The notes below the pieces were generated by a model. That model was not told the DNA's origin, did no database searches, and saw only the letters and a program-made list of their open reading frames with translations. A stretch of DNA of 64,000 nt, from assembly GCA_964035545.1 (NCBI GenBank), contig OZ037769.1:5065929-5129928 (forward strand). Direction: 5' to 3'. Below, one piece after another: positions 28,701 through 42,085 of this stretch. Numbering within the stretch: the first letter of the stretch is position 1; each line of letters begins with the position of its first letter. This stretch comes from Bugula neritina (taxonomy: Eukaryota > Animalia > Bryozoa). The translations under genes were made by a program, and so were the position numbers.

Positions 28701-31700
28701 GTTGAACTCCAAACTCGAAAATCCCAAACTTTTGCACTCAATCACCTTCAACTTCGGAGCTGCTTATAGAATGGTTTCTTTGGACCCAGAGTATACACTC
28801 TATCCCCCATGGGGCAGAGAGTAGGGGGTGTTACAGTGGTGAAGAGCTGAGGCTAGCATCAAGCTTGCCTAACTTGACTAAAAAATACACAGGCAAGTTT
28901 AAAGTCACCATCCCTGAGAGAGAATCCCAATGGAGGGGTTTTTTGTTAAATCGGGCTAAGGACTTATTCCTTAACTTAACTCAAATATTGAAGAAAGTTA
29001 TTTGAAAAGACCTGTATTTTTGGAAAATAAACTTCCTTCTTCAACAAATTAATAGAGACATACTTACAGTGGTTACACCTGAAGGTACAAACCAACACCC
29101 AAGGAAATGCTATAATAAATTAGCTTTATAGTCCCTACAACTATTACTACTTGCATTTCATTGAAATCTTCACCAGGCTTGGTAATTGCATTACCTAAGT
29201 GCTTGAAAATATGGCCCGTAATAAAACAGGTATCTCTAAGATAATTAGTTAAAGCTACAGTGCCCATTTGCCCCTAACTACTATGTGTGTAGCTGTCTAA
29301 ATGTAAGTAACTTACATGTACAGCTGACTAAGTATAAGTAACTTACATGTACAGCTGACTAAGTATAAGGAACTTACATGTACAGCTGGCTAAGTATAAG
29401 TAACTTACATGTACAGCTGACTAAATGTAAGTAACTTACATGTACAGCTGACTAAGTGTAAGTAACTTACATGTACAGCTGACTGAGTGTAAGTAACTTA
29501 CATGTAAGTCACAATGCTCAGCAGAAAAGCAGCTCCAACTAAATTTTGGAGGCCATAATTATACTAATTTGTTTTACGATTGGCAACCAGAAATTCTAAA
29601 AAGTTCTAATGAAACTTTATATTAAAATGAAACTGGGTGAGCATCTCGTCTGTATCATTTGCACTTTCAAATGTAGAATAACAAGACTCCGCAATTGTTC
29701 TCTTCCCGGAGCTGACAGAGCTGACTAGTACTAACAAGATATAGCTTGTGATTCACTGAAAAGTTCCCTATTAGGTTTGGAGCATCCCACCACCCGTGCT
29801 TCGGGAATATAATTAGAAACGAGTTTATTCGACCCACTTGATGCTATTGACCAAGTCACTCTCCATATTTTGCTTGCAGAATCCAAACCACAGGTGGGTG
29901 GTATATTGACAACACACACCCGGTACTCGCCATACTAACACGTGATTACAATATACCACATAGCAACAACTATTTAGTAGTATGAGAACGTGACCCACAC
30001 CATCTACCATTATCAGAGGCTCAGAGATGCCGTTGGAAATATGCCAGCAGGCCAATGTTGCACTTTACAGCAGAATATCAAGTCTAACAACGCATAGCAC
30101 AAAGCCACTGTGAAATATTTATAACAAATGATGGTCCACAATTAAATGGTCACACTCAAAGGCCTTATCGCTGCATCAGATTTCAAAAGCAAGTCATTCT
30201 TCTAGTCAAAAACAACCGGAACACAAATTCATTTCTACGCCCCAAGTTTAATGAGGCGCCAAGAAGACCCATTACCCAGCTAAGTGAGGTATACCAGGGG
30301 CTTATAAATAAATATGGACCCATATACGGATGGGGGTGAAGACACCCCCTCCGTATATGGGTGTGGGGGGTGGGGGGTAGGACACAGAAACAGGGCTATG
30401 GCAGAGCTGGGCTGAAGAAGAGTGACTAATGAAACATTCATTCATTTTGGCCAAAGCTTAGTGCTTCCAAAATACTTTTTCTAACCTAATGCCTGCATAG
30501 CAGTCATGTATTATGTTCCCAACTCTGAACTTAAGTAACCTAATTTTAAAACAATGGGTTGACAATTGCCTGAATTTTTGACATTCTATGTGATTCAGCT
30601 TTCTTTTATATAACATATCTCTATGGGAAATGATCACAGCTATGAGATTTTCAAGATGACTAGGAACTATAATAGAATAATTGCTGTAATTACCTGAATT
30701 ATGTTATGACTAGCTGTTATTACATATTAAAATGTAATAAAGCCAATAATGCTTCACTAATCTAATTGAATTCATCAGGTAACCCATGTCAAACTGCACT
30801 GGGAATCTAATTATGTTCCTTGAGAAAAATATTATATTGAGAAAGAAGCAAGCTGTTCAGACATATTAACTGGGGTACTGAGTGTAACCCTTCAACAGCT
30901 TATTAGAAGTTTTAGGAAAACCCCAAAAACCCAATTATGGGTGTATGGTAACCTCAATAGACACCATAGAGTGCTTGTTGTCGCAGTGACGTGCACTGCA
31001 TACCTCAAATCAGAGGGTAGAACTGGCATAAGTTTATAGTAGCTATCCCTATGAGAACCTCTGATAGAAAGGGAGTTTAAAAGCCCGCTAAGGAAAATTT
31101 TTAGTGTGGCACAGAAGCAATTATGACTAGATGCCCTTCTCAACATAACCAGGTTGGACTCAAACCATTGTTTTAACTCATGTTTACTAGACCTGTTCTC
31201 TAGCCAATACACCACCCTGTTCTCCGTAAGGAACATGTAAATGGTATAGCTAACTAATTTATTAATATATGACTTGAAATAGAAAAGCTTAGATTCTCAA
31301 CAGCACACGCTTCAACACAGCAAAAAGGAAATTCTTCACTTACCAGGTACCACTGGTTCTTCCAAAAGACATCATTGAAAGATATGACATTGTCTCTTTT
31401 CTTTCTACTCTTTACCACCTGCTGCTCCATCCATGCCACCTGTAAAGAAAGCCTCTGTATGGTTAAGAAGACAGCAACATTACCTATACAAAGCCTATCC
31501 TATGCCCAGGTACCATGCAAAGCTGCCTGAGACAAAAGTTCCAATATAAAAGGTAAATATTTTTATGCATACACTATAATGCTTCCACATTTAAAAGATG
31601 GACAGACAATATATTTTGTTACACAGTATCCTTATTATCAGCTCTATTTAAAGTTAATTTCAAAATCTTGAAAACTCTATATTAATGGAACAGGATTACT

Positions 31701-34653
31701 AAGTGAATAATGTACACATTAACATGGTTGAAGCGTAACAGGGTCAGCCATGTTAATGAGTAGAACTATCTCTTGCCTATAAAGACTCCTGGTAGCTACA
31801 AGTTAGCTTCAATCTACATTCAAATTATGGCACTGCTTGTCCCAATTAAAACATTATTAACTTATTTCATCCTCAAACTGATCTATTTCAGTAAAAATCG
31901 ATCTAAACCGAATTGCCAATGATTTAGTTAATGCAATCTAATTCAACGATGGGGGAACATTAAATTAGATAACTTGTACAACATGTTTAATCCCAGGTTA
32001 CTAATTATATACTAATATATAAATACAATTACAACTTCATATTACTAGCATAAGCAATGTGTAGATAGCGTATAGATAGTGACATGCAGAAAAACATGTT
32101 ATATCGTGATTTGGATTAATTTTTACTAAAAATAATCATTTACTCCCTAAAGACCAGATGTCTAGAGGGCATAAGAGCTTAGGCTAAACTATGTCAGACA
32201 CCCTTACTTATCAGAAGTAGTGTTAGGAAATGAGGCTACAGAGTAAACTTTACGGCAAAGTGGGAGATTAGTATCAAATGTGAGTGGAAGTAGATGTTGA
32301 AGTGCCAGTATTCCAATGGGATTAGTTCAGTTCTTCACTTTCAGGGATGTATCAATGTGACACCCCTCTGTTCCCAAAACCTCAAACTACGTTACCAGAG
32401 GTGGGGCTAGTAGTCAACCCCCCCTCTAATTAGTTCAAAAGTATAGAAACTACAGCCATCTAGTGTTCAAGCTACTCAATGCATGCTGGCTTGGACTGAT
32501 TCAGACAACAAATATTTTTTCTTTCAAAGATAAATATTAACTTGAAATGTTTTAGCGGAAGTGTCTTACATCCGGGTCTTTAGACAGCAGGTCATTGTGA
32601 TGATGGCTGGCATCGATTGATCTTTTGACTACACTGTGGTGGTGCAGGCTATAGAAATCTAGATCATCAAATATCTACAAAAATATAAATACCAACTTAT
32701 ATAAACCTGCCAGACATACACCCACAGATCTCTCTTACATCACACCAACCCGATGGATTACTAAGACTTATAGGCCAAGAGTTCACAAACATATACAAAA
32801 TGATTATCAAAACATATCTTTCAGAAAATGTGTTCATGCGAATTGTGTTTTACCTAAATCAGAAAGACTTTTTCACTAACCTATAAATTGATATCAAACC
32901 ACAAACACTATAGAATATATTATAAAAGAACAACCTAAACACAACTCAAGATCATTTTTATAGAGGTAGTTTCATCAGCTCTGTGGAAGTCAATAATACT
33001 ATGGCACAGGTTCAACTTAGCTGTCAAAATCTTCGACCATAAATTTCTTATATTTCTCAATTCATTTAGAATTAAAATCTATACAGGATATTAATATCTT
33101 TGATGTGTTGCTGGTTGTATATTTTCCTAATTATTTTCAGGTGGTGGAGAAGTGTGGAATTTGCATATCTCTCTGAATTCCTTTGATGTACATTTAATAT
33201 AGTGAAAAACAATACCTAGTTACCATCATCTGACAAGTAAAGTGTCAGAAATTACATTTAATCAGATTTAGAGACACTTTTACATAAATTACAAAGACAT
33301 ATCTCTATCATAGAAATATATCTTGATGAAAAAATAAAGCAATGATAAATTTATGCAAAACTAATTAAAATTTGTCAACTTTACTTCAAAAGAATTTGAT
33401 TACCATTAAAAAGCCATGGTTTAGATTTGAATAAGATGTGTAGCTGGAATAAAACTGTTCAACATAGCTGAAGTTTGCCGGCCTTCAATGATGCACAGAT
33501 GTTGAACATCAAGGCAGCGTCTACACTAACTTACAAAATCAATAGCAGAAGTGATGGAGCTAACTGCCAATTTATATATTAACCTAATTTTCTCTGCAGA
33601 TAACAAAGTTATCTTAAAGAAATACAGCAAATGTATTAATCAAAGGCTAAAAGAAGATATCAAGCTGTGAAATTGGTGTATATCAAAGAAAGTGATTGCC
33701 GTAGTAAGGACTTCTAATGAATGCCAATGTTTTCAGAGTCAGCACCATTTTGTTGTTTGCCAATGGGATTAGGACACGCCATTGTTTGACAAAACACTCA
33801 TTTCAAAGTCACAGTGGATGTTTAGATATGCATTGTCTACCACTGTAGATACGAATCTACACATGTAAATACTACATGTGCACACAGGAGATAAATCAAC
33901 ACAATCACTGTACTATGAATACGGAGCTAAATAAAAACTAAGCTAGTTGAAAGTATGTTAATCCTTTTTCTAATCCTTACAGTATTTTAATCAAATATAA
34001 CTCAGCCACGCCTACAACTGTTCACCCTATCTAACTGGTTTATTACACTGTAATTTAGCTGTAAATTTTCCTTACTAGGAGGAAAATATATAGGAAAAGC
34101 CAATAAAGACTGAAAACAAGTTTTACTTAACAGGGGAGTAGTTGTGAATAACATATCGTCTGTAATTCTGGAGGATATTGTGAAAGTTACAAGCAGGTCT
34201 AAAAACATTCTTTAAAAACAGCCCTTTGGAATAATAAATTTTTATAGCAGTCACTGCTCTGCTTTTTACCCAGGATTTAAACAATCATGTAAGAATTTCA
34301 ACTACAGCTCAAAAAATATTGCACCGAGGTGGCGTTTATGTTGACCCACCCCTAAACATTGTACACCTGACTTATAAAAATCTGCTACAGCTGAACCAAA
34401 GTTCATTAACATTATTGCAGTATAATATTGCAGCATTGCAACAGTCAGCTCTCACCTTTTGCCCCAGCTCAAATCCATGTTTCTCTGCTACCTTTTTAGC
34501 AACTCCAATTCCACCTTTAATTTCAACTGCCCACTCATTTGTGTAATGTTCTTGAGCAAGGGAGAGATGAATCAGAGCAAGTGTTGCAAGTAGTGTAGCT
34601 TTCACCACAGTCAACTGATGAGAGCTGCAGGTGTGTGGTGGGTGCCCCAGCAT
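16705..34653 (-). CDS. FURIN: Furin-1-like subtilisin/kexin proprotein convertase (signal, prodomain, S8 catalytic, P domain, Cys-rich repeat, TM, tail)
   Basis: Phase-consistent exons: 34653-34456, 32674-32570, 31439-31344, 27932-27792, 26157-26081, 25166-25078, 23976-23804, 23537-23395, 22322-22152, 21223-21002, 20653-20468, 20310-20195, [19391-18894], 18649-18566, 17568-17368 and 17099-16705. Motifs: RKKR/D prodomain site, [46 protein letters not shown], furin-type Cys repeat, TM helix, acidic SSSEGEED cluster and YHPM. Confidence 0.96.
18566..18649 (-). CDS. Furin exon B (second copy of terminal P-domain strand)
   Basis: Acceptor TTGTTTTGTAG|, donor G|GTAAGA, 84 nt, phase 1/1. Encodes [27 protein letters not shown] and joins in frame to the Cys-rich exon at 17568. 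Confidence 0.85.
18862..19391 (-). CDS. Furin alternative exon X (first copy of terminal P-domain strand plus ~150-aa insert)
   Basis: A phase-1 acceptor at 19392/19393 reads [19 protein letters not shown]... Phase-1 donors lie at 18893 (G|GTAACG) and 19319 (G|GTAAAC). Read-through ends in HSCC* at 18862. Confidence 0.75.
19506..19714. mobile_element. Short non-autonomous inverted-repeat element
   Basis: Perfect 21-bp inverted pair GGCACAAATGGAAAAGTAGGA (19517-19537) and TCCTACTTTTCCATTTGTGCC (19663-19683), plus repeated GTGCCATTTTTAC units and a C-rich CCTAAAC-type core. Confidence 0.6.
20048..20162. repeat. ~20-bp degenerate tandem repeat
   Basis: Repeated GACCAAGTA(C/T)GACACCACCT units. 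Confidence 0.85.
21262..21512. repeat. (ACTC)n degenerate tetranucleotide microsatellite
   Basis: Runs of CACTCACTCA with GCCC variants in a furin intron. Confidence 0.9.
22330..22640. repeat. Degenerate (TATAGTG/TATAGTACA) simple repeat
   Basis: Repeated ATAGTGT/ATAGTAC units. A similar AGTATAG/AGTA tract lies at 23985-24180. Confidence 0.85.
26279..26456. mobile_element. Foldback MITE family copy 1
   Basis: Arms TAAGCAACTCTGAG...GAGTTTGGAGTTGGGGG and CTCCAAACTTGAG...GGAGCTGCTTA are imperfect inverted repeats. Homologous to 28620-28778 and 61172-61333. Confidence 0.7.
28620..28778. mobile_element. Foldback MITE family copy 2
   Basis: GAATCATTCTGTGAGCAGCTCCAAGTTGGGGGTAACTGAGT ... ACTCAATCACCTTCAACTTCGGAGCTGCTTATAGAATGGTTTC forms a near full-length inverted repeat. 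Confidence 0.75.
29290..29508. repeat. 31-bp minisatellite, ~7 copies
   Basis: Unit GTACAGCTGACTAAGT(A/G)TAAGTAACTTACAT. CTTAC recurs at 29311, 29342, 29373, 29404, 29435, 29466 and 29497. Confidence 0.95.
31075..31170 (-). mobile_element. Partial SINE copy (furin intron)
   Basis: GGCACAGAAGCAATTATGACTAGATGCCCTTCTCAACAT aligns to the body of the 1343-1504 copy. Confidence 0.55.
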
Positions 34654-36639
34654 GTCATCCAGTTAAACTGTTTATATACATCTCAGAGACACGCAGCAAC
34701 ATGAAGATGGAAGACAAGTTGTAATATCCAAATGATCTATATGCTCAGGCCTAAATCAAACACATGGTAGTTGGATGACTTAATTCAAATGATTTGCTAA
34801 TAAACCAAAATTGTCAATAATTTAGTAGAGAAAGTTAATTCTCGAATGTTAGTTAGTTAAACTGCAACTTACCCGCTAGAATTTTGAGTATTTGAATATG
34901 TCAAAACTAAATTAAAAAACTTAAACAATGTAAATTGTCATATTGCATCAAAATGGTAGCATTAGATTGTGGTAGGAACTAGCACTGCTCTGATAGTGGA
35001 AATACTTAAGATGTTAAGTGGCTGCCACAGCCTCTATGTTTTAGTATCATATATAAAGCATGTAAAGATTATAGCAAACATGCAAAGGAACCTTTCAGCA
35101 CAGATGATGAGCTATATTCAATGATAAAATTAATATATAAATAAATGAAGCCCAGCTGTTACCACTGAATGAGATGTGAACTAGATCTGACATCAGTATG
35201 AGTATATCTAATCATTTCAATAAACTACACTTTATCTACACAAAAACAATTTATATTATAGTTGGCATACAACATGTCTATTTCTACTTAGAGTATAGCA
35301 ATTACTTTTCAAACAAATATAACTATCCTGAATATCTCAAATATGTAGCTAGTAGCCATAGGCTCACTGCCCAAAAAGCGTTAGAATGCATGTAAATTTA
35401 GAAAAAAATAAAATACCAGTTCAACTGTAAAAATTTTCAAGAAATAAAAGCACTAAACATTTTCAGTTTAAGTTTCTAGATAAAGATAAAATAACTTATA
35501 CTTAAGAGCTTGCACTCATAGAACTAAATTATACATTGTTAATAGCAGATCTTTGATTAAGAGGTTTAATTGCCAGATTCACTCATATTGGTAGACTTTT
35601 CTTAGTTTAAACTCAATTTCAAGACTTAGAGTGAGTTTAAAGGATTATAACCCAAGTAACTTAAACTTGTCAAGTTGAAATTATTATTGCCATCAGTGAC
35701 CGATGTCATAAAAAAAGTGAGACTGAAGGTGGTAGCAAAAGAGAAAAATGACCAAGGCAGTAGCCTAACACACAGCACATTGATTATCTTATCATTATGA
35801 TTATCTCATATGCATAAGCTTAATTTTTGTTATTAAACAAATTTTGATTTACACGTTTATTAATTGACTTCTCCTTTAACTTGAGACAATTAACTGCTAA
35901 TAGCCATAAAGCTAAGACTTAAAAGTTCAATAATAATCAATAAAACTTTTAGTAAAAGTAAAACTAAATGACTATAAGATTAAGCGAGAGTAAGAATATG
36001 TAGACTAAAATTAAAGAACTTTCCATATTCGTATAATTTGAAATTATAATAATTAATAAATTACTATTACTATTAGTATTACTATTAATATTAGAATATC
36101 AATCAGAAAGTAAAGTCATATTCAAATTTCAAGAGTTATTGATATTATCAAGACATTTATATTGATAATTGATATGACTCATTTTAAAAATGAATGTAAA
36201 TTTTAAATCAAGATGCCCGTGTTTTTATTATAAGAGTATCTGTAACTATAAGTGTAAATGAATATTAAATTTAATATAACAACATCAAGTTCAACATGCA
36301 TAGCTTTACAAGATGAGGTATAACTACAAGTATAAGCCTAAAAGTTTAAGTACCACAAACTCAAATAGCAAGTAAAAGCGGATTAGTCAACATTACCGCT
36401 AACAGCAACACCAACAGTAACAATAACAGACACAATAACACTAACAGTAACTTACTAAGTCTATTAGTATTAGTAATAGTAATACTAATAGTAATAGTTA
36501 TACTTATACTGTTATAGTTATAGTAACTCTAAGTCCAACAGCAGCCAAAAATTACAAATCCAAGTTGAAGTTGAATTACTTTAATATTTTGAGCAAACGA
36601 CTATTACAAATAGAGACATTTAAAAAAACTAAAAACAAG

Positions 36640-37080
36640 AATTTGATCGTGATAAGTAGTTTTACCTACTACATGAATCGCGAACACCATTACATAGTCA
36701 ACGTGAGTACAGGAACAACTAAAAAAATATTTTCACTGAGAGTAGATTGTTGATACCGTTGATGCGGTGATTCCAGAAACTAAGCTACTGCAGAACCTAT
36801 CCGCAAAACTGTAGTGTGTAACAAAACAACGCTCAACACATACATGTTGAGCTACACAATTACACATTTGAATAGTTTCCGTTTCCGTACCTTTATTTTC
36901 TTTCGGTTCTCAAAAATAGATTTTATTTTGGTGACTTTACTAACTAAAATAAAACGGTTGCACAAGCTCTCACAGATTTTTTTATACTTTTTAGGATTAT
37001 TCTAGAATACATGTTTATGTTATAATAATTTCAAATAAATTTTGACTCTAAGTGAAGTTGTGAAATTCAAATTTATGTAG
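36640..37080. promoter_or_regulatory. Putative bidirectional promoter region between furin (-) and RXYLT1 (+)
   Basis: Divergent start codons are 2.4 kb apart. Local CpG enrichment, tandem GTTTCCG (ETS-like) near 36875-36887, a minus-strand donor at 36665 and a plus-strand acceptor at 37080. Confidence 0.4.
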
Positions 37081-37091
37081 TTGACCTGGAA

Positions 37092-40000
37092 ATGAACCTG
37101 CGAATCGCAGGGTGTATATTGACTCTTTACACGATAGCGGCAGTGATTGCTGTTGCGTATATTCTTTTTAAAAGATCTCAACTACTATCACAGCTTTCAC
37201 TTAAAGACAACCTTTCTCATTTTGACTCTTCTCTGGGCGATAGAAAAGTAAATACAAATCTTGCATCTAATAGATATGGATTTTGGAGAAATCAAAGGCT
37301 TCGGAACGGAGCTATTGCTCGGACTTGGAGAGGCAGTAAGAATAACTTTATATTTGTTAAAAAGTATATTTAAGTTTGTTGTTTTAATACAATAATTATC
37401 TCATTAAATGCAGTTGTTTAGTTTTGCTGTTCAGGTTCCACTTTTAGTCTCAAAACTGGTCTTGCGATAGATAATGATTAGAAATAGATGGCTGTGGGAC
37501 ATGGGACTGGGTAATAGTAATACTAAGTCTAATATGATTATGAATAATTGTCACCCAACTCCAAGTCGCATGGCATTCGAATTAGCTGCTGAAACATATT
37601 GAGGTAAATTGAAAAATAATACTTGGTTGCAAACTACCATAACTAATACCCATTCTTATGGCTATGCAGATACCGTTTGAGTATCGAATAATTATAGAAA
37701 AAATTAAAGTAAAACTGCATAACTTTCTACAAATAACTATTATAGTTTTAATTTGGTCTTAAGAGTTAGTCACTTACCAGTTAGTTATTAAAGATGTGTG
37801 CGTGCATGTGTCTGTTACAAGAGATTCAAATTGTATAAAGTAAACCTATTTTTTTAAATCAAAGTAACAAGTAAAGGCATAAATATGATAAAAATTATAT
37901 AATACTTTAAATTTACTATAGTGAAGTAAAACTTTGTAACCAAAATTACAGTAGAGAAGCTATACACTAAAAGGTACACCAAAAAGGAAAAGCACCTAGA
38001 CAAAAGAATGCTGAGAACTAAAAGTCATAATATACACAGTTTGGTTCTTTTGACAAGCACTTTGGTAGCTATTTACCTGGGAGGGGGGGGGGGGAGAATG
38101 ATATACTGCTGCATTTACATTTAGCACAATGATGCAATCATTTTATGTTGGTTGTAACCACAACTAGTCACTTTAGGGATTCTATAAATACTACAAAGTT
38201 TGTAGACAAATGATCTGACCAATGCTAAATTATTAAGGTTTTATTTGTATTCACCAATCAGTTTGTGTTGTAGGTAACAAATTGTCTATTCCAACTAGAC
38301 TGAATTCTTTTGCTACGGTTGTGGATTTGGAACTGGACAAAAAATACTGGGATCAATGGGCGCCTATCAATTTTTCAGCTCAGTATGATAATAAAAAGAT
38401 TTCTCAAAAGCTAAAACACAAAATGTTAACGGACTTTGAATATGATGTTGACATCTGGTCAAATAATGGATTAGGTAAGCTACAATGATTAAAAATATGT
38501 TTTAAAAGCGGTACCATCATTTTTATACTTTGTGCTACTTGGCAAATGAAATTATATGTATTCCTGTAACAAATTGTTTTCTAAAAGCTTAGATATTACT
38601 TGTAATAATCTTGTTTATTTTTAAAAGTAACTAGCTTGGTTCATGTTTGCTGCTAGGGGAATATTTATGGCAGCATATATTGAAAGGAGAAGTTAAGTTA
38701 CGTCCTGATAAACTCTATCAATATGGTGAAAAGATTATTAGAAAAGTCAAATACAGGTTGGTAAGATTTTGATATAGTATTGTTATTTATAATTTACTGA
38801 GTTTTTGCTGTTTTTGTATCATTGGAAAATTTGAGGCATACCGATTCTAATTAGCGTAGTGTTTGGTGGTTAGTAAAGATATATTATGCAATATGCAGTA
38901 TAGAGAGAGAGATATTAATTAATTTCTTCACTCCTAAGTAACTGAAATCATTTTTCTGATGAACTCCTTAAGATTTTCCAAATTTTTTTCAATATTAAAT
39001 TGTTGAAAAATTTGCTTAATATCTGTATGTAATATTACTCAGACTGTAAAATCACATATTTTTTTTCAATATTTTATTTACTATTTCTTCAGTACCGCAA
39101 CAGCTCTATGGAAAGTGTACAGTATATGTTTATCTCCGATCAAGTTCTCTCTATTAGCTGTGCTATTACACAATATAATAATATATGATACAATATAGTA
39201 TGTGATGCAATATAACAATATATGGCACAATATAATAGTATATAATACAATATAATAGCAGATAATACAAAATAGTAATATATAATACAGCATAATAGTA
39301 TAATACGTATTGTTTTGTCTTAGATTTAAGGGAGGTAACAGGCTTAACGTAGCCTTTCTGCCAGACACTACTGAGCACATTGTACTTGTACTGAATGCCA
39401 GAGATAATAGGACTGCTGCCACTGCTAAGGATTGGCTTGATGGTTTAGCTGACTTAGAGTTTATTCAGGTCTGGCGGGTGTAAACTTCATTCTATCTTTC
39501 AATAATTATCTCACGAGAATATAGATACAGCTAGTGAAAAGTGTAACCTATTTATAACTTTTTATACTTATTTTTTAACCTATAAATGCTATTATATACT
39601 AATTCCAACCTTTTGTTAAGCAAATTTTAGCATTCAATTTATGAGAGAGTTGAAAAAACGTATGTTTGCATGAATAGCAATACTTCTTCCTTGCTGCCTT
39701 TATGCAAGTAATTTAATTAACGTCAGCATGTAAGTTCTGAATAATATAGAGTAGTCATGGTCTAGTAGTTAGAGGCTTAGCATGACCTGGGAGGTCAAAG
39801 GTTCGAATTCTAGCTGGCCCGTTGATGGTGTCAGAAAGGGTATCTAATAATAACTGCTCTTGTGTCAAACTATTGTCAGCATGGTAAGATGTACAATCAT
39901 TAGCGTGCTAAAAAATCTTTATGGTCTTAATAACCCCTGTGGTCAGATGTTCTCAGGGGTTGGAAACTTTAAAACAGACATGAGTAGGTTTCAGCTTATA

Positions 40001-42085
40001 TGCAGTGTGAGCAGGTCTGTATCCGTGGTGTGGACAGGTCTGAAAGTTTTTGATGCTTAGTGGAATAGCAAGTTTCTACATTTAGTCATGATAAAAAACT
40101 ACTACAGCTGAAACATGTATTTCATTTCATGCTGCAGAACGCCGGACTGGTGCTGATAGGAGATGAAATGTGTGACAATACTTGGCTGTTACCATATCTT
40201 AATTCTAAAAATAGAACATCTCTCAAGTTCATCTACCTCGTGTACGATAGCCCTCTCGTCAACAATGTTAATGTCTTTCAGTTTCCATTAGGCGTGGCCA
40301 CGTAAGTAGGAAATATATCGGTACTGTGATATAAATTACTCTTTCCTACTAATTATTTGTTTTTGTTTTTGCTTTTGTAGTTTTGCAATTTTTTAACTGC
40401 CATATAAACTTTTTATGCACGGGAATTGTTTAAATTTATGTAAGTTAATGTGTGGTTGTACATGTAACGTATTTTTTCCAGTTTTGTGATACAAAACCTC
40501 TTTTTATTTTGCATCAGGTATAGGAATTTCCCATTGCCGGCATTCCCCGACATAGTTGTACCCGCACACAGGAAGTACGTGTGTAATTTCATGGGTACTG
40601 TCTACGCCAACTCATCTCGGGAGAAGCTTGTTGAAATACTATCACATATACACCAGAAGGCTGGCAGACAGCTGTGTTATATCAAGAGAAGACAAGAGTA
40701 AGCCTTGCACTCAACTAACACAATACATACATCTTCAGAGTAACAATGAATTGTGGTGCCCGAAATATCATTTTACTTTGTTTAATAAAGTAATGAAAAC
40801 AAAATGTTTCAAGTATACATATTTATAATTAAATTGCCACTAAAGATATATTCAAAATTAAAAGTAGTTCGTGTTCATGTCTGTTTTTATTTACAACATG
40901 CTGGCTGATAGTATTTATGCACTCAACCAACACGAAACATAATATATTTAAAGTTTAGTTTAATCCACATATTCATAGAGTTGTCTTCTCACAGTTGGCA
41001 ATCGCATGAGACACCTCAAAGCCTCTCAGACTATGTGAGTGTACTGAAGTCATCTGACCTCACCCTCTGCCCTGTGGGACTCAACTCGGAGAGTTACAGG
41101 ATATACGAAGCTCTGAGTGTTGGCTCGCTGCCGGTGGTAGAAGACCGGGTGGTCACCGACAGCTGTGCTGACACACCCTTTAGGTGGGATGGAATTTGTA
41201 ACTCATGATGACCTTTAGTTGTATATTTTATTTTCTTTCTTTGCAATACGTATGAGTTTACAATACAAGAGCATATAACATGTATTTATGGACAAGTGGT
41301 GTAGATTTGATGGCAGTAAAGTGAATAAATAGCTCTTACTATATTCACCGTTGAAACTGGATCAGTTTACTTAATTTAGTACACACTGGGAATCTCTAGT
41401 TTTTAGCTCTTTTTTACAATTTAGCTGCTAATAAACATGGGTTTTTGCCCAAAAGTAGTAAAATATTAATAATAACACCTAAACAGTCAAGGTTCTTTTT
41501 AATTTAGCTTGATTTCCCATGTTTTTTCTTAATTATTCAGCTACGTTTAATTGCAGACTGTTATGGGTTTTTCGTAATGGTCCGCAATCCAAATTAGCTA
41601 AATTAGGTAAAATGACCCAACTAACAAAGTTTTGCTCTTTGAATTGTTAAAAAATTACGTGTTGTTACTGAAAAACATTAGTTTACACAGTAGTCACAGC
41701 ATATCATTTTCTTTTCTAGTTAATTATAACCACCTTTTCACTAGAATCCAACAAATTTTTTTGTCGGAATATTCAGCTTGTAATGCTGTATGGCGTACAC
41801 TGCTACCTCATACTTGTAAGTTGTCTTCTCTATTCAAATATTATATTTACTGTATCGCAGTTTCTGCTTTCTTCTTTTAGACTATTGAAAACTCACAAGG
41901 CTCCTGTAATATACATAAAGGATTGGAGTGAACTGGCTGAGATACTGAAGAAAGAGTTGCAGATGTCAGAAGTTTCCAGAAGGACTCGACGGGCTGACAT
42001 TCTGTCGTGGTATGAAGGATTCCGGCAAACTTTGAGTGACCAATTCACACAAACGGTTTCCAGCAACTTTTTTGACATGAAATGA
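37092..42085 (+). CDS. RXYLT1: Ribitol-5-phosphate xylosyltransferase 1 (TMEM5)
   Basis: Exons 37092-37335, 38274-38474, 38657-38756, 39324-39468, 40138-40301, 40518-40697, 40995-41183 and 41881-42085 join in frame. N-terminal type II TM anchor. The motifs GEYLWQHI, LIGDEMCDNTWL, YDSP, FQFPLGVATYRNFP, CNFMGTVYANSSR, SDLTLCPVGLNSESYRIYEA and APVIYIKDW match vertebrate TMEM5/RXYLT1 as recalled. Confidence 0.93.
39749..39868 (+). mobile_element. tRNA-headed SINE copy (RXYLT1 intron)
   Basis: TGGTCTAGTAG A box, GGTTCGAATTC B box, then GATGGTGTCAGAAAGGGTATCT...TAACTGCTCTTGTG, matching the 1343-1504 copy. Confidence 0.65.

Noticed and set aside
29290-29508. CRISPR-like appearance of the 31-bp palindromic repeats
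   Set aside because: Units are head-to-tail with no unique spacers, there are no cas genes, and the context is a eukaryotic intron.
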